In this document: positions 1 to 8,731 of the stretch, piece by piece
Position numbering within the stretch: the stretch's first letter is position 1
Layout of the letters: each line of letters opens with the position of its first letter
DNA from: an uncultured Candidatus Saccharibacteria bacterium
GTDB taxonomy: Bacteria; Patescibacteriota; UBA1384; XYA2-FULL-43-10; 1-14-0-10-43-13
Length of the DNA stretch: 64,000 nucleotides
Reading direction: 5' to 3'
Assembly: GCA_964628585.1 (NCBI GenBank)
Contig: CAZVMH010000001.1
Location: forward strand, 210-64,209
Program-made: the position numbers and the translations under genes
Notes under the pieces: model-generated
Databases searched by the model: none
The model's input: only the letters and a program-made list of their open reading frames with translations
What the model was told of the DNA's origin: nothing

Positions 1-45
1 AAAATTAAAACTGAATTTACCAATGTTATGGAGGGGATAAAATGA
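1..45 (+). CDS. 3' end of upstream CDS (partial), possibly ABC ATPase
   Basis: Open frame KIKTEFTNVMEGIK* ends in an ATGA overlap with the permease start, the same arrangement as 13261-13264. Confidence 0.4.
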   Translation, partial: KIKTEFTNVMEGIK

Positions 46-1247
46 AATTATCAACTGTTTTTTTCATAGCAATCACAAATTTTTGGTCTAGGCGATTGAG
101 GGCAATTCTAACAGTTTTAGCCGTTACAATAGGAATTGGAGCAATTATATTTTTGGTTTCATTGGGCTATGGCTTAGAGCGTCTTGTCACTTCACAAGTT
201 GCAAACTTTGATGCCTTTACCGTAATAGATGTACCCTCTGCCAACCTGAAAGTTCAAAAAATAAATGATGAAACACTTTCAGTTATTACAAACACCAGTC
301 ATGTCCAAAAAATTGCGACTACTATTAATATGGCAGGCAGACTGAAACTTGCAGAAACAGCCGCTACAACTGAAAGCTTGGTTCAATCCTGTGATTCAGA
401 GTACTTGAAAATGGCTGGTATAAGCATCAAGGAAGGACGATGGTATGAAGACAGCAAAAGCGAAATTGTTATTAATACAGTTCTTAGAAATTTACTTTTT
501 AAAGAAAACGAAGTCATAATAGGCAAAAAGATTGTGGCAGATATTAACTTGGAAGAAAGTTTAAGGGCGACAGACTTACAAGATGGTTCTATTGTAAAAT
601 CTCTTTCTGAAATGACGATAGTTGGATTTGTTGAAGACGAATCAAGTCCGATAGCATATATTCCTCAAAATACAATGAAAGATATTGGTGCTGTAAACTA
701 CACCTCTTTAAAAGTGAAAATTGATGACAAGGAAAACGCTGAGATAGTAAGAAAAGCAATCGAGAATTTAGGTTATTCTACAGAGTATGTCGGTGATACG
801 GTTAAACAAATCGTACAAATTTTTAGTTATTTCAGAATTCTTTTGGGTGCTTTTGGCTTAATAGCCTTGGTTGTTGCTGCACTCGGTACTTTCAACACTC
901 TTACAATTTCATTATTAGAGAGAATTCGAGAGGTTGGATTGATGAAAATAATGGGTATGAATTCTCGAGATATTTATTTTCTTTTTATGTCAGAAAGCGT
1001 ATTTATTGGTTTTGTTGGGGGAATTATGGGTGCGCTACTTGGGCAATTATTGGGAATTATTATTAATTTTATACTTGCCATGTTTGCTAATAAGGCTGGC
1101 GTTGATCCTTTGTCAATTTTTTATACCCCGTGGACGTTTCCTGTTTACATCGGAATATTTTCCTTAGTGGTAAGCTTTTTAACTGGTTGGTATCCCGCTA
1201 GACGCGCTGTAAAGGTAGATGCTCTCGATGCTATAAGATATGAGTAA
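42..1247 (+). CDS. MacB/FtsX-family ABC transporter permease
   Basis: N-terminal TM (LTVLAVTIGIGAIIFLVSLGYG), extracytoplasmic domain, ERIREVGLMKIMG and GWYPARRA..DAIRYE motifs; SD GGAGG upstream. Confidence 0.9.
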   Translation: MKLSTVFFIAITNFWSRRLRAILTVLAVTIGIGAIIFLVSLGYGLERLVTSQVANFDAFTVIDVPSANLKVQKINDETLSVITNTSHVQKIATTINMAGRLKLAETAATTESLVQSCDSEYLKMAGISIKEGRWYEDSKSEIVINTVLRNLLFKENEVIIGKKIVADINLEESLRATDLQDGSIVKSLSEMTIVGFVEDESSPIAYIPQNTMKDIGAVNYTSLKVKIDDKENAEIVRKAIENLGYSTEYVGDTVKQIVQIFSYFRILLGAFGLIALVVAALGTFNTLTISLLERIREVGLMKIMGMNSRDIYFLFMSESVFIGFVGGIMGALLGQLLGIIINFILAMFANKAGVDPLSIFYTPWTFPVYIGIFSLVVSFLTGWYPARRAVKVDALDAIRYE

Positions 1248-1375
1248 TTTATTTATGTTAAGATAGTCAGGTTTTTAGAAGCACTAACCACTTTTTTTAG
1301 AAATAACTTCGAGGAAAATTTAACATACACCACCATTCGATTCGTTATTTCGTTCTTCACTTATTGTAAGTTCAT

Positions 1376-1406
1376 AAAAAACCACCTGTAGGAAAGGTGA
1401 TTTTTT
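1376..1406. terminator. Probable bidirectional intrinsic terminator
   Basis: A-run, CACCT/AGGTG stem, T-run between convergent genes. Confidence 0.5.
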
Positions 1407-1425
1407 ATTTAGTTTGAATATCGGG

Positions 1426-1746
1426 CTACTTTTTAATGATCTTTTTGACTTGTGCAAAATTTTTATCGAGCTTTGTCTTGATATCTTTGGCATCTTTGGG
1501 CGTAATCTTTTTCTCTAGCTCGTAGACATTAACGATTTTTTCTACAATTTGGCTGTAGGTTTTCTTGCTAACTTCACCAGCTTTGGCTAACTCCTCGGCG
1601 ATTTTATCTTTCATCTCATGAATGTAGCTAGTAATGTCGGCTCTAGTCTCTTCGCCAGATTTTGGTGCTAACAAAATTCCTGCAATCGCACCCGCCAAAA
1701 CGCCGACCGATGCTCCTATCATAATACCCTTACTTTGCTTGTCCAT
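1426..1746 (-). CDS. YtxH domain-containing protein
   Basis: G-rich TM followed by LLAPKSGEETRADI, the YtxH signature. Confidence 0.85.
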   Translation of the reverse strand: MDKQSKGIMIGASVGVLAGAIAGILLAPKSGEETRADITSYIHEMKDKIAEELAKAGEVSKKTYSQIVEKIVNVYELEKKITPKDAKDIKTKLDKNFAQVKKIIKK

Positions 1747-2047
1747 TTTTAGATCCTTTCGAATTATTCTTAATAAGTTGTATGATTTCTGTTACGATAC
1801 GGCGAACGAAATCAAAGGTAAAAATACTGTTTTTAAATGATTCTAATGATTTAATAGTTTTTTCAACAAATTCTTTAGCATCATTTGAGGTGGTTTTAGC
1901 TGTTTCTAAAACTTCCCCAAGTTGTTTTGTTAATTTGCCAAGTTGATTTTGAAGCATTATCGACCAGACAAATAAAACAATCATATAGATTGTAGCTACG
2001 ATACAGAAAACACTTACTGAAATTTGAAAAAATGCATTCAAGGTCAT
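1730..2047 (-). CDS. Hypothetical membrane-anchored helical protein (DUF948-like)
   Basis: One N-terminal TM then amphipathic helix; SD AAGGAG; overlaps the ytxH-like gene. Confidence 0.65.
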   Translation of the reverse strand: MTLNAFFQISVSVFCIVATIYMIVLFVWSIMLQNQLGKLTKQLGEVLETAKTTSNDAKEFVEKTIKSLESFKNSIFTFDFVRRIVTEIIQLIKNNSKGSKNGQAK

Positions 2048-2123
2048 TCTATCTCCTTTTTATTCATTATATCATAAGACAAGATCAAAAATTTAGATTA
2101 CAGGGGTATTTTAGCTTTTTGCT

Positions 2124-2354
2124 CTAACTAGGATTTTTAATAATTGTAATAATATCGTGAAAGTAACGTCCTATAAAACCATTACCATCAACACGGCCAA
2201 GAATATAGATTAAAACGGCAGCCAATATGGCCGAACCGATAAAAAAGCCAAGACCATAGACAACACCACGACAAAAATTCCACCAAAGGCTTGATAGCTT
2301 TTTTTCGTATTTTACTAACTGTTTAACCAGTCTTGAAAATTCTTCTTCAGTCAT
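2124..2354 (-). CDS. Small membrane protein (DUF5665-like)
   Basis: NFCRGVVYGLGFFIGSAIL motif; TATAAT 7 nt before the ATG. Confidence 0.7.
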   Translation of the reverse strand: MTEEEFSRLVKQLVKYEKKLSSLWWNFCRGVVYGLGFFIGSAILAAVLIYILGRVDGNGFIGRYFHDIITIIKNPS

Positions 2355-2409
2355 TAATTATATTATAACAGAACAAAATATTTATTAAAATAATTTATTT
2401 TAATAAGAC

Positions 2410-2439
2410 TTGACAAAATGTAAAGTTTTCTTTACATTT
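2410..2439 (+). promoter_or_regulatory. Sigma70-type promoter overlapped by a perfect inverted-repeat operator
   Basis: TTGACA 2410-2415, 17-bp spacer, TACATT 2433-2438; AAATGTAAAG-tttt-CTTTACATTT at 2416-2439. Confidence 0.8.
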
Positions 2440-2444
2440 ATTCT

Positions 2445-3185
2445 ATGGACAATAATGAAGAATTCTCAATTATAATTCGATTACGAGATTTAAGAAAACA
2501 ACATAGCATGAGTCAAGAAGAACTTGCTGAAGCTCTCGGTATTTCTCGTCAATCCATAATTTCTCTAGAACAGGGAAAATTTTTACCATCACTACCCCTT
2601 ATTCTTTCGATGTGTAAATTTTTCAATTCTGATCTAGATGAATTATTGGAGTTGCCATACAAAACACAAGAAGATAAAAATGAGAAGAAAATAATTTTTA
2701 AACACTCCGACCAAACAACGGAGAGAAAGGAGCGCAATATGCCACAAGAAATTGAACCATGGAGACCTTTTCGAGAAATGGTCTCACTACGAGATGCTAT
2801 GGACAGATTGTTTGAAGATAGCGTCATAACACCAAAGGGAACTGTTGTTATGCCAAAAATTGACATTAAAGACACAAAAAGTCATTTAATAGTCAAAGCC
2901 GAACTTCCTGGCTTAAAGGAAGATGAAATTGATATTGAAATTGCAGACGGAGTAGTGACAATTTCAGGGCGCAGAGAAGAAGAGAAAGAAACAGAAGGCG
3001 AAGGATATTTTCATAAAGAGAGTCATTCTGGTGAATTTAGTCGAAGTTTCTCGCTTCCCTCAGAAGTGATCGCTGATAAGGCCGAAGCAGACATGAAAGA
3101 TGGAGTCTTGGCAATCAAGCTTCCCAAGGTAGAGCCAAAGAAGGCTACCAAAGTTAAACTAGGCAAAGGACAGAACAAAAAATAA
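2445..3185 (+). CDS. XRE-family HTH fused to Hsp20/alpha-crystallin small heat-shock protein
   Basis: LRDLRKQHSMSQEELAEALGISRQSIISLEQG (HTH_3); PKIDIKD..AELPG..GEFSRSFSLP..DGVLAIKLPK (Hsp20). Confidence 0.9.
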   Translation: MDNNEEFSIIIRLRDLRKQHSMSQEELAEALGISRQSIISLEQGKFLPSLPLILSMCKFFNSDLDELLELPYKTQEDKNEKKIIFKHSDQTTERKERNMPQEIEPWRPFREMVSLRDAMDRLFEDSVITPKGTVVMPKIDIKDTKSHLIVKAELPGLKEDEIDIEIADGVVTISGRREEEKETEGEGYFHKESHSGEFSRSFSLPSEVIADKAEADMKDGVLAIKLPKVEPKKATKVKLGKGQNKK

Positions 3186-3198
3186 ATTAGATCATCCT

Positions 3199-3228
3199 AA
3201 AAAAGCCCCCAGCAATGGAGGCTTTTTT
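3199..3228 (+). terminator. Intrinsic terminator
   Basis: AAAAAGCC..GGCTTTTTT stem-loop after the hsp20 stop. Confidence 0.7.
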
Positions 3229-3282
3229 ACTTGTTGCAAAGATAGGTATGTGGTATATTTAAATAAAATTGCTAGGAGGGCA

Positions 3283-6200
3283 ATGATTAAAAAAAATCGA
3301 ACATTAAAGTTTAAGGCAAAATTTCCAAAGATAAAAAAAAGAACTTTCAAGATATCGGTTTTGGTTATCTTTTTGTCGTGTCTATCAGTTGGTGTTTATT
3401 TTATACGCTACAAAGCGGATATTGTTTCAGATCTCACAAATTTAGATAAAGTCCATACCGTGTTGACTGATGGCAAAAAAGCAACTTCTCTCCTTGATTC
3501 CGATGCTTGGGTCAATTTTACAAAAGATGCGAACGATTTAGGCACGCGGGAAAAGTTGGCTGCAGATCAGCTATCACCATATGGGATAGCTAGCATACAT
3601 CAGGGAGATGATCTCGGCGATCTTATATCCTTACCAGACACAAGAAAGTCACTTTACGAGGCAAATATTCGCACATTGAAATACCCCTTTTCTGCGGGAA
3701 CAATTGAAAGTTCATCCAATGAATATGAGTTGAAGCAAGGTCAATATGACGAAATTGATGATCTCTATAATGATGGCTTTAATTTTATCGGCGATGTTCA
3801 CCTTGGCGGCATTATTGATCCCAAATTGAAAGAAAGATTTCTTGGATACAGACAAGGTTATAACGTCTTGTCTCTCCCTTATATTGATGAGAATGACGGG
3901 CAACTTGGTGAATCATTAAATTTTCCTTCTAATACAGCAAAACTTTCTAAAATTGATGAAAATCATCCGCTTTTGACTAAAAAGCAATACAATAATCAAA
4001 ATAATTTGCACTTGGTTGATCCGGCCATTCCTCTTCAATCCTACAGCGAAACGTTGCCAATATCAGACACCCGTTGTTGTTTTCTTCAACACATTATCAA
4101 GCCGGGAGCAGAAAAGGTTTATATATCTCTTGAAGGATCAGATACCAATTTTATTCAAATTAATCGTTATGATCCGACAACACTGGAAGATGGCAAAATT
4201 TACTATGAGTTGGTAAATGAAAATGAAGTGACTCTCCCTAGAGTTAGATTTCAAGGGACTCCAGCCAAATTAAAAATTGAATATCAAGGATGGGATAGTG
4301 AAAATTCTTTATACTTAAAAGACATTGATTATTCAGTGGATGTTTTGTCTGGCATAATAACCAAAGAAAACAACTCTTTTTCTACACCTTATATAAATGA
4401 TAAATTTGATGGGACTGCGCTTGATTCTAGCTGGAAGACCATGAATAATCCTCAAAACATTTCAGTTAGTAACGGCAAGCTTTCTTATAACGGGACGCAA
4501 ACTGCGAATTTTGGTGAAAACATTTATCAAGAATTAAACGGAAATGGAAATTTTATTGCCTCTATCAAAAGAACTGATTATGCTCCTCATTTAACCGTAT
4601 ATCAGGACAATTTAAACTGGGTGAGCTATAATGGGAAATCGCTAACACAGATGGTAAATGGTGTTGTAAATTATTCAGAAATAAGTACCTTTGAACATTA
4701 CAATAAACCCAATTGGATAAACGTTAAAAAGGTTGGTGACAGCTATACCTTTTACGGGGGCGATGAAAATAATGCAAGAATTGACAATGATGTTTTTTAT
4801 TTTTCTTCTACTAGGGCTTTTATCGGAAACGGTTATGCAAACAAAGCTAGTATTACAGATCAAACGGCTAAAATTCAATTGCTCAATGCGGCAAATCTTA
4901 AAGTGGGTATTTCTGGCACGAATTACCCAACAGACATTGTTGTTGAGGAATTCGTTTTAAGACCTGGCCTCACATTGTCTACAGCCGTAGAAGCATACTA
5001 CAACTATTTCTATTATGACAAATTCAACAAATACGCTAAGGATCTCGCTTCAAAGTACAAAGATATTATTTACTATTGGGAAATAACCGGCCTGCCATAT
5101 ACTACAGCTAGGGGGGGATATGAAATGAGCACTTTCAAGCAAAATGACTCTTATTGGTTGGGGGATTATGCTATCGCGTCAAGCTCTATAGCAAATAAAT
5201 TTAGAGATTCAATAAAACTTGGTAATGGAGACGCGAAAATTATCGGTAACTTTTCAGAATATCCTCCAGCATTACAAGCGGCTTATTATGGCTTAGCAAA
5301 AACTAGGGGATGGCAACAATTTGATATTAATTACGAGCAGGCAATTTCAAATTATGCTTATTCTTTCTATGCCGGTAGTTCCACGGTGGTTGATTTTAAT
5401 ACAATATTTAAGCCTTTCATAGATAATGACAATGTGCTATCAGGCTATGGTTTTGAGAAAAAACCTTACATCGATACTAAATATGGAGTTGGCAATACAT
5501 TTGCTCGATTATATAGTGATTATCAAGGATTATCCGATCAACATACTCAAAATGTTATGTTCGGCAAAAAAGTTAATTCAATTAGCAATATAATAAATGA
5601 AATCACCTGGGATATTTTTGAACATCCCTTATTGAGTTGCGCAAAATATTCAAAACGAAAAGTGAATCTTGAAAGACGCAATAATAAAGTTGTAATGACG
5701 GGTTATGAAGACGGATTCACCTGCGGAGATTTCACTACTAATTTGTCTAAGGGCGAACGTATTGTCCTTTCTGAGGCGAGTGATGAGTCTTTCAACGGCG
5801 AATTTGTTTTAACTGAATCAGGCGCAAGAGAATGGGATCCAAAAACTTATGAGCAAGAAGGTAATGATGCAGATGCAGTTGCGTATGTCGAAAATCCGGC
5901 AAAGGAAGCATCATTGCTTTCAGTTGCTAAAAACATTGGAAAAAATAAAGGCATAATTTTAGATCTTGGAGACCGGGTGGATTATATTTTTGGAACCGAT
6001 CCGGATCCGGCCAAAACAAAAAAAAGTGTTAAAAAAATCCAAATTAGCGCAAAAAATATCTCGAATATATCAAAAATTAAAGTCAAAAGTTCCCTCACTA
6101 ACACAGATAATAATTTAGATAACTCCGGTGGTTCATTAATGCAATTCACTCGCCCTGCAAAACCTGGCGACAGTACTGGCGTATTCTCTTTACCAAATTT

Positions 6201-8097
6201 CCCTGTTTATTTTGACGCCACATCTCCTAATTTCAAGGAGGAGTCAATTCTACTTACCGGCATCTCAAAAACCCAATATAAAGTCGAAGGAACTCTATCG
6301 GGAGATCAAGGGACAGCAACACAAGGGGTGCCATTTGTAAGTAATAATGGTGTGATCTCAATGACAATTCCAACGCCTGATAAATGGGGCGCCCCCGATA
6401 TTGATGTTGGCGATACTCTTTGGGCTCACTTATTTAAGGGGGACGGCTATAAAGATGTTACTGAATGGAATAATTCTGGACAATCTGGATTGGGGAATAT
6501 TGTTATCGAATTGCCGGAAGCTATTGAAACTAGGTATTTGCAATTTGAATTTTATAAGTCCGACGGCGCTGATTCCTTTTCACTCGATGAAATCGAAGTT
6601 TTTGATGGCGCCGGATCAAATATTTCTACAAATAAGTTATACCTTGCTGAGGGAGCCATTTCCCAGCCATCTTTGTTCTCAAGTGATAACGCTGTTCCAG
6701 AAATAATTATGATCTCTCCATCAGAAAAGGGAGGAGTAATTCAGGGGCCAATTTCTAGCACTGAATTGCGTTATAGCGTCGATGGAATTGAAAAAACCAA
6801 AAGCATTAGAGTTGCAAAGGGTAATAATAAGTACACTCTGAAAGCAAGAGATAAAGCAGGCAACACATCTGAAAAGGTAATCGAATTTTTTGTATCCTCA
6901 TTGCCTCCGATTGAGGTGAATATTATTGCGCCAATAGAGGGAGGAACTGTTTATAGGGATAAAATAAAGATTTTATATTCAGCAGACGGCGAATTAAAGC
7001 AAAAGGATGCAACTTTAGTGCTCGGATCAAATAAAATTGAGGTTGAAGAAAAAAATGCTGAGGGATACGTAACCAAAAAAGAAGTCAATGTGAACTATGA
7101 AGCACCAGCTCAAGCTCCTTTGGTCGAAAATGAATATCCTGTTAACAACTCAACTTTGTATATAAGCCAAGAAGAAAGCGATTATGTTGCCAATATCTTA
7201 TACGAAGTGGATGGTTTTACCGTTCTGCTAAAAGATCAAAAGTTGAAAATCGGAGAAAATTTAATTCCAATAACTGAAACTAATTCAATTGGTACAACAT
7301 CATTTAATCTTAAGTACAACGTAGTCCAACTGTCAACGCCAACTATCTATATCGAATCACCAGTCGATAATTTTCGAACAAAGGAAGACTCAATTGAAGT
7401 TGTATACTATGTTGATGGCGCTAGATACTTAAAAACATTCGGTTTAAATTATGGAGATAATAGATTAACGGTTTATGGATACAATAGATTTTACAGTGTA
7501 TCCGCTTCAATTAATGTGGGCAGGGATGAAACGATTGTTCCCCCAAGCCAATCATTTGCTTCCGGATGGAATATGGTTACCTTCCCAATGATTGACGAAT
7601 CTTCACTCGGGTCAATCTTGCCAAGTACTTTTAAAGTCAGAAGATTCAACTCTTCTTCCAACAAATATGACAAGGCAGAAGAAGTGGAAGTGAAACCGAT
7701 TCCAGGTCAGGGCTATTGGATGAAAATCGACGATATCGCAAAAATTGATAGTGTAAAATACAAATCTACGTCGGCCACTTCAACTTCAGTCCCTGTCGCT
7801 AAGGGTTGGAATTTACTCGGAAATCCATTTTTATCTGATCTGCAAATTGCTAATTTGAACATTCGATACAAAAATGGATCTGTAAAAAGCTTTGCCGATG
7901 CAGTAAAGAGTAAGGACATTGCCGGCTACGCTTGGAGTTGGGAAGGAACTGCCAATCCAAAGCAGTATTATTTTATCTCGAATGATCCCAACCGTTATAA
8001 AACAAGTGCGCACAAGCAGACCTTCATATCTTCATATAGAGGGTTCTGGATTGTCATAAAGAAAGATGAAGTAGCAGAAGTCATTATTAATCAATAA
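3283..8097 (+). CDS. Large membrane-anchored surface protein: degenerate GH-A-like barrel with beta-sandwich insertions, Ig-like repeats and a C-terminal GWN-motif domain
   Basis: SD AGGAGG before ATG 3283; basic N-terminus plus TM; YYWEITGLP and KKPYIDTKYG segments; repeated Ig-like units; SGWNMVTFP and KGWNLLGNPF motifs. Confidence 0.75.
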   Translation: MIKKNRTLKFKAKFPKIKKRTFKISVLVIFLSCLSVGVYFIRYKADIVSDLTNLDKVHTVLTDGKKATSLLDSDAWVNFTKDANDLGTREKLAADQLSPYGIASIHQGDDLGDLISLPDTRKSLYEANIRTLKYPFSAGTIESSSNEYELKQGQYDEIDDLYNDGFNFIGDVHLGGIIDPKLKERFLGYRQGYNVLSLPYIDENDGQLGESLNFPSNTAKLSKIDENHPLLTKKQYNNQNNLHLVDPAIPLQSYSETLPISDTRCCFLQHIIKPGAEKVYISLEGSDTNFIQINRYDPTTLEDGKIYYELVNENEVTLPRVRFQGTPAKLKIEYQGWDSENSLYLKDIDYSVDVLSGIITKENNSFSTPYINDKFDGTALDSSWKTMNNPQNISVSNGKLSYNGTQTANFGENIYQELNGNGNFIASIKRTDYAPHLTVYQDNLNWVSYNGKSLTQMVNGVVNYSEISTFEHYNKPNWINVKKVGDSYTFYGGDENNARIDNDVFYFSSTRAFIGNGYANKASITDQTAKIQLLNAANLKVGISGTNYPTDIVVEEFVLRPGLTLSTAVEAYYNYFYYDKFNKYAKDLASKYKDIIYYWEITGLPYTTARGGYEMSTFKQNDSYWLGDYAIASSSIANKFRDSIKLGNGDAKIIGNFSEYPPALQAAYYGLAKTRGWQQFDINYEQAISNYAYSFYAGSSTVVDFNTIFKPFIDNDNVLSGYGFEKKPYIDTKYGVGNTFARLYSDYQGLSDQHTQNVMFGKKVNSISNIINEITWDIFEHPLLSCAKYSKRKVNLERRNNKVVMTGYEDGFTCGDFTTNLSKGERIVLSEASDESFNGEFVLTESGAREWDPKTYEQEGNDADAVAYVENPAKEASLLSVAKNIGKNKGIILDLGDRVDYIFGTDPDPAKTKKSVKKIQISAKNISNISKIKVKSSLTNTDNNLDNSGGSLMQFTRPAKPGDSTGVFSLPNFPVYFDATSPNFKEESILLTGISKTQYKVEGTLSGDQGTATQGVPFVSNNGVISMTIPTPDKWGAPDIDVGDTLWAHLFKGDGYKDVTEWNNSGQSGLGNIVIELPEAIETRYLQFEFYKSDGADSFSLDEIEVFDGAGSNISTNKLYLAEGAISQPSLFSSDNAVPEIIMISPSEKGGVIQGPISSTELRYSVDGIEKTKSIRVAKGNNKYTLKARDKAGNTSEKVIEFFVSSLPPIEVNIIAPIEGGTVYRDKIKILYSADGELKQKDATLVLGSNKIEVEEKNAEGYVTKKEVNVNYEAPAQAPLVENEYPVNNSTLYISQEESDYVANILYEVDGFTVLLKDQKLKIGENLIPITETNSIGTTSFNLKYNVVQLSTPTIYIESPVDNFRTKEDSIEVVYYVDGARYLKTFGLNYGDNRLTVYGYNRFYSVSASINVGRDETIVPPSQSFASGWNMVTFPMIDESSLGSILPSTFKVRRFNSSSNKYDKAEEVEVKPIPGQGYWMKIDDIAKIDSVKYKSTSATSTSVPVAKGWNLLGNPFLSDLQIANLNIRYKNGSVKSFADAVKSKDIAGYAWSWEGTANPKQYYFISNDPNRYKTSAHKQTFISSYRGFWIVIKKDEVAEVIINQ

Positions 8098-8108
8098 GAA
8101 AGGACATC

Positions 8109-8528
8109 ATGGATAACATCAACAATACTCCCAGTCAGGGTATGATTGCAGAAACACCGCCACCGAAGCCAGTTAATTTACCGCCAATATCTGAAGATAA
8201 GGACTTCATATCTACTAACACTATAGATAAAAAACCTTTCTATAAGAATAAACAAGTTTTAATATATATTGTTTTGGCTGTCATAATACTTGGTTTTGCT
8301 GTATCCTTTGCTAAATATTATCAACTTTATAGAAAAGAACATGCCATAGTATTAAACAAATCTAATTGTGATAAATGTCAGGAAGTAGAACCCTGCCCGG
8401 AATGTTCTGCTTGTGAAGCACCGGTGGCTGCAACTCCTAGCCCATCGACTAGCACTAAAAAAACAACTAAACAGGCTTCATCCAGTCAAGAAGCAGTATT
8501 GGCTCCGCCTGCTCCACCATCGGATTAG
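8109..8528 (+). CDS. Hypothetical single-pass membrane protein with Cys-rich and Pro/Ser/Thr-rich tail
   Basis: SD AAGGA; TM segment; CDKC..CPECSAC; low-complexity tail. Confidence 0.7.
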   Translation: MDNINNTPSQGMIAETPPPKPVNLPPISEDKDFISTNTIDKKPFYKNKQVLIYIVLAVIILGFAVSFAKYYQLYRKEHAIVLNKSNCDKCQEVEPCPECSACEAPVAATPSPSTSTKKTTKQASSSQEAVLAPPAPPSD

Positions 8529-8556
8529 ACACAAAAAAACGACCACAAATTCTAAA

Positions 8557-8633
8557 TGGTGCGCCCAAGGGGGCTCGAACCTCTGACCTCTACAATGTCA
8601 ATGTAGCGCTCTAACCAGCTGAGCTATGGGCGC
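8557..8633 (-). tRNA. tRNA-Val(GAC)
   Basis: Reverse complement GCGCCCATAGCTCAGCTGGTTAGAGCGCTACATTGACATTGTAG...GGTTCGAG...TGGGCGCACCA forms a cloverleaf with anticodon GAC and encoded CCA. Confidence 0.97.
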
Positions 8634-8731
8634 ATATATTAACCCAATATTATCAAGTTTAGAGTCCTAAATCAATTCAATATCTAATTATAGGTGTTAG
8701 TAATTACGCTTGTTTATGATAATATTTTCAT

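Noticed and set aside
1253-1360. 35-codon minus-strand ORF between the permease and ytxH-like gene
   Set aside because: No SD, no recognisable motif, and too short to support
2380-2445. CIRCE (HrcA) element upstream of hsp20
   Set aside because: TTAGCACTC-N9-GAGTGCTAA is absent; the palindrome present is unrelated
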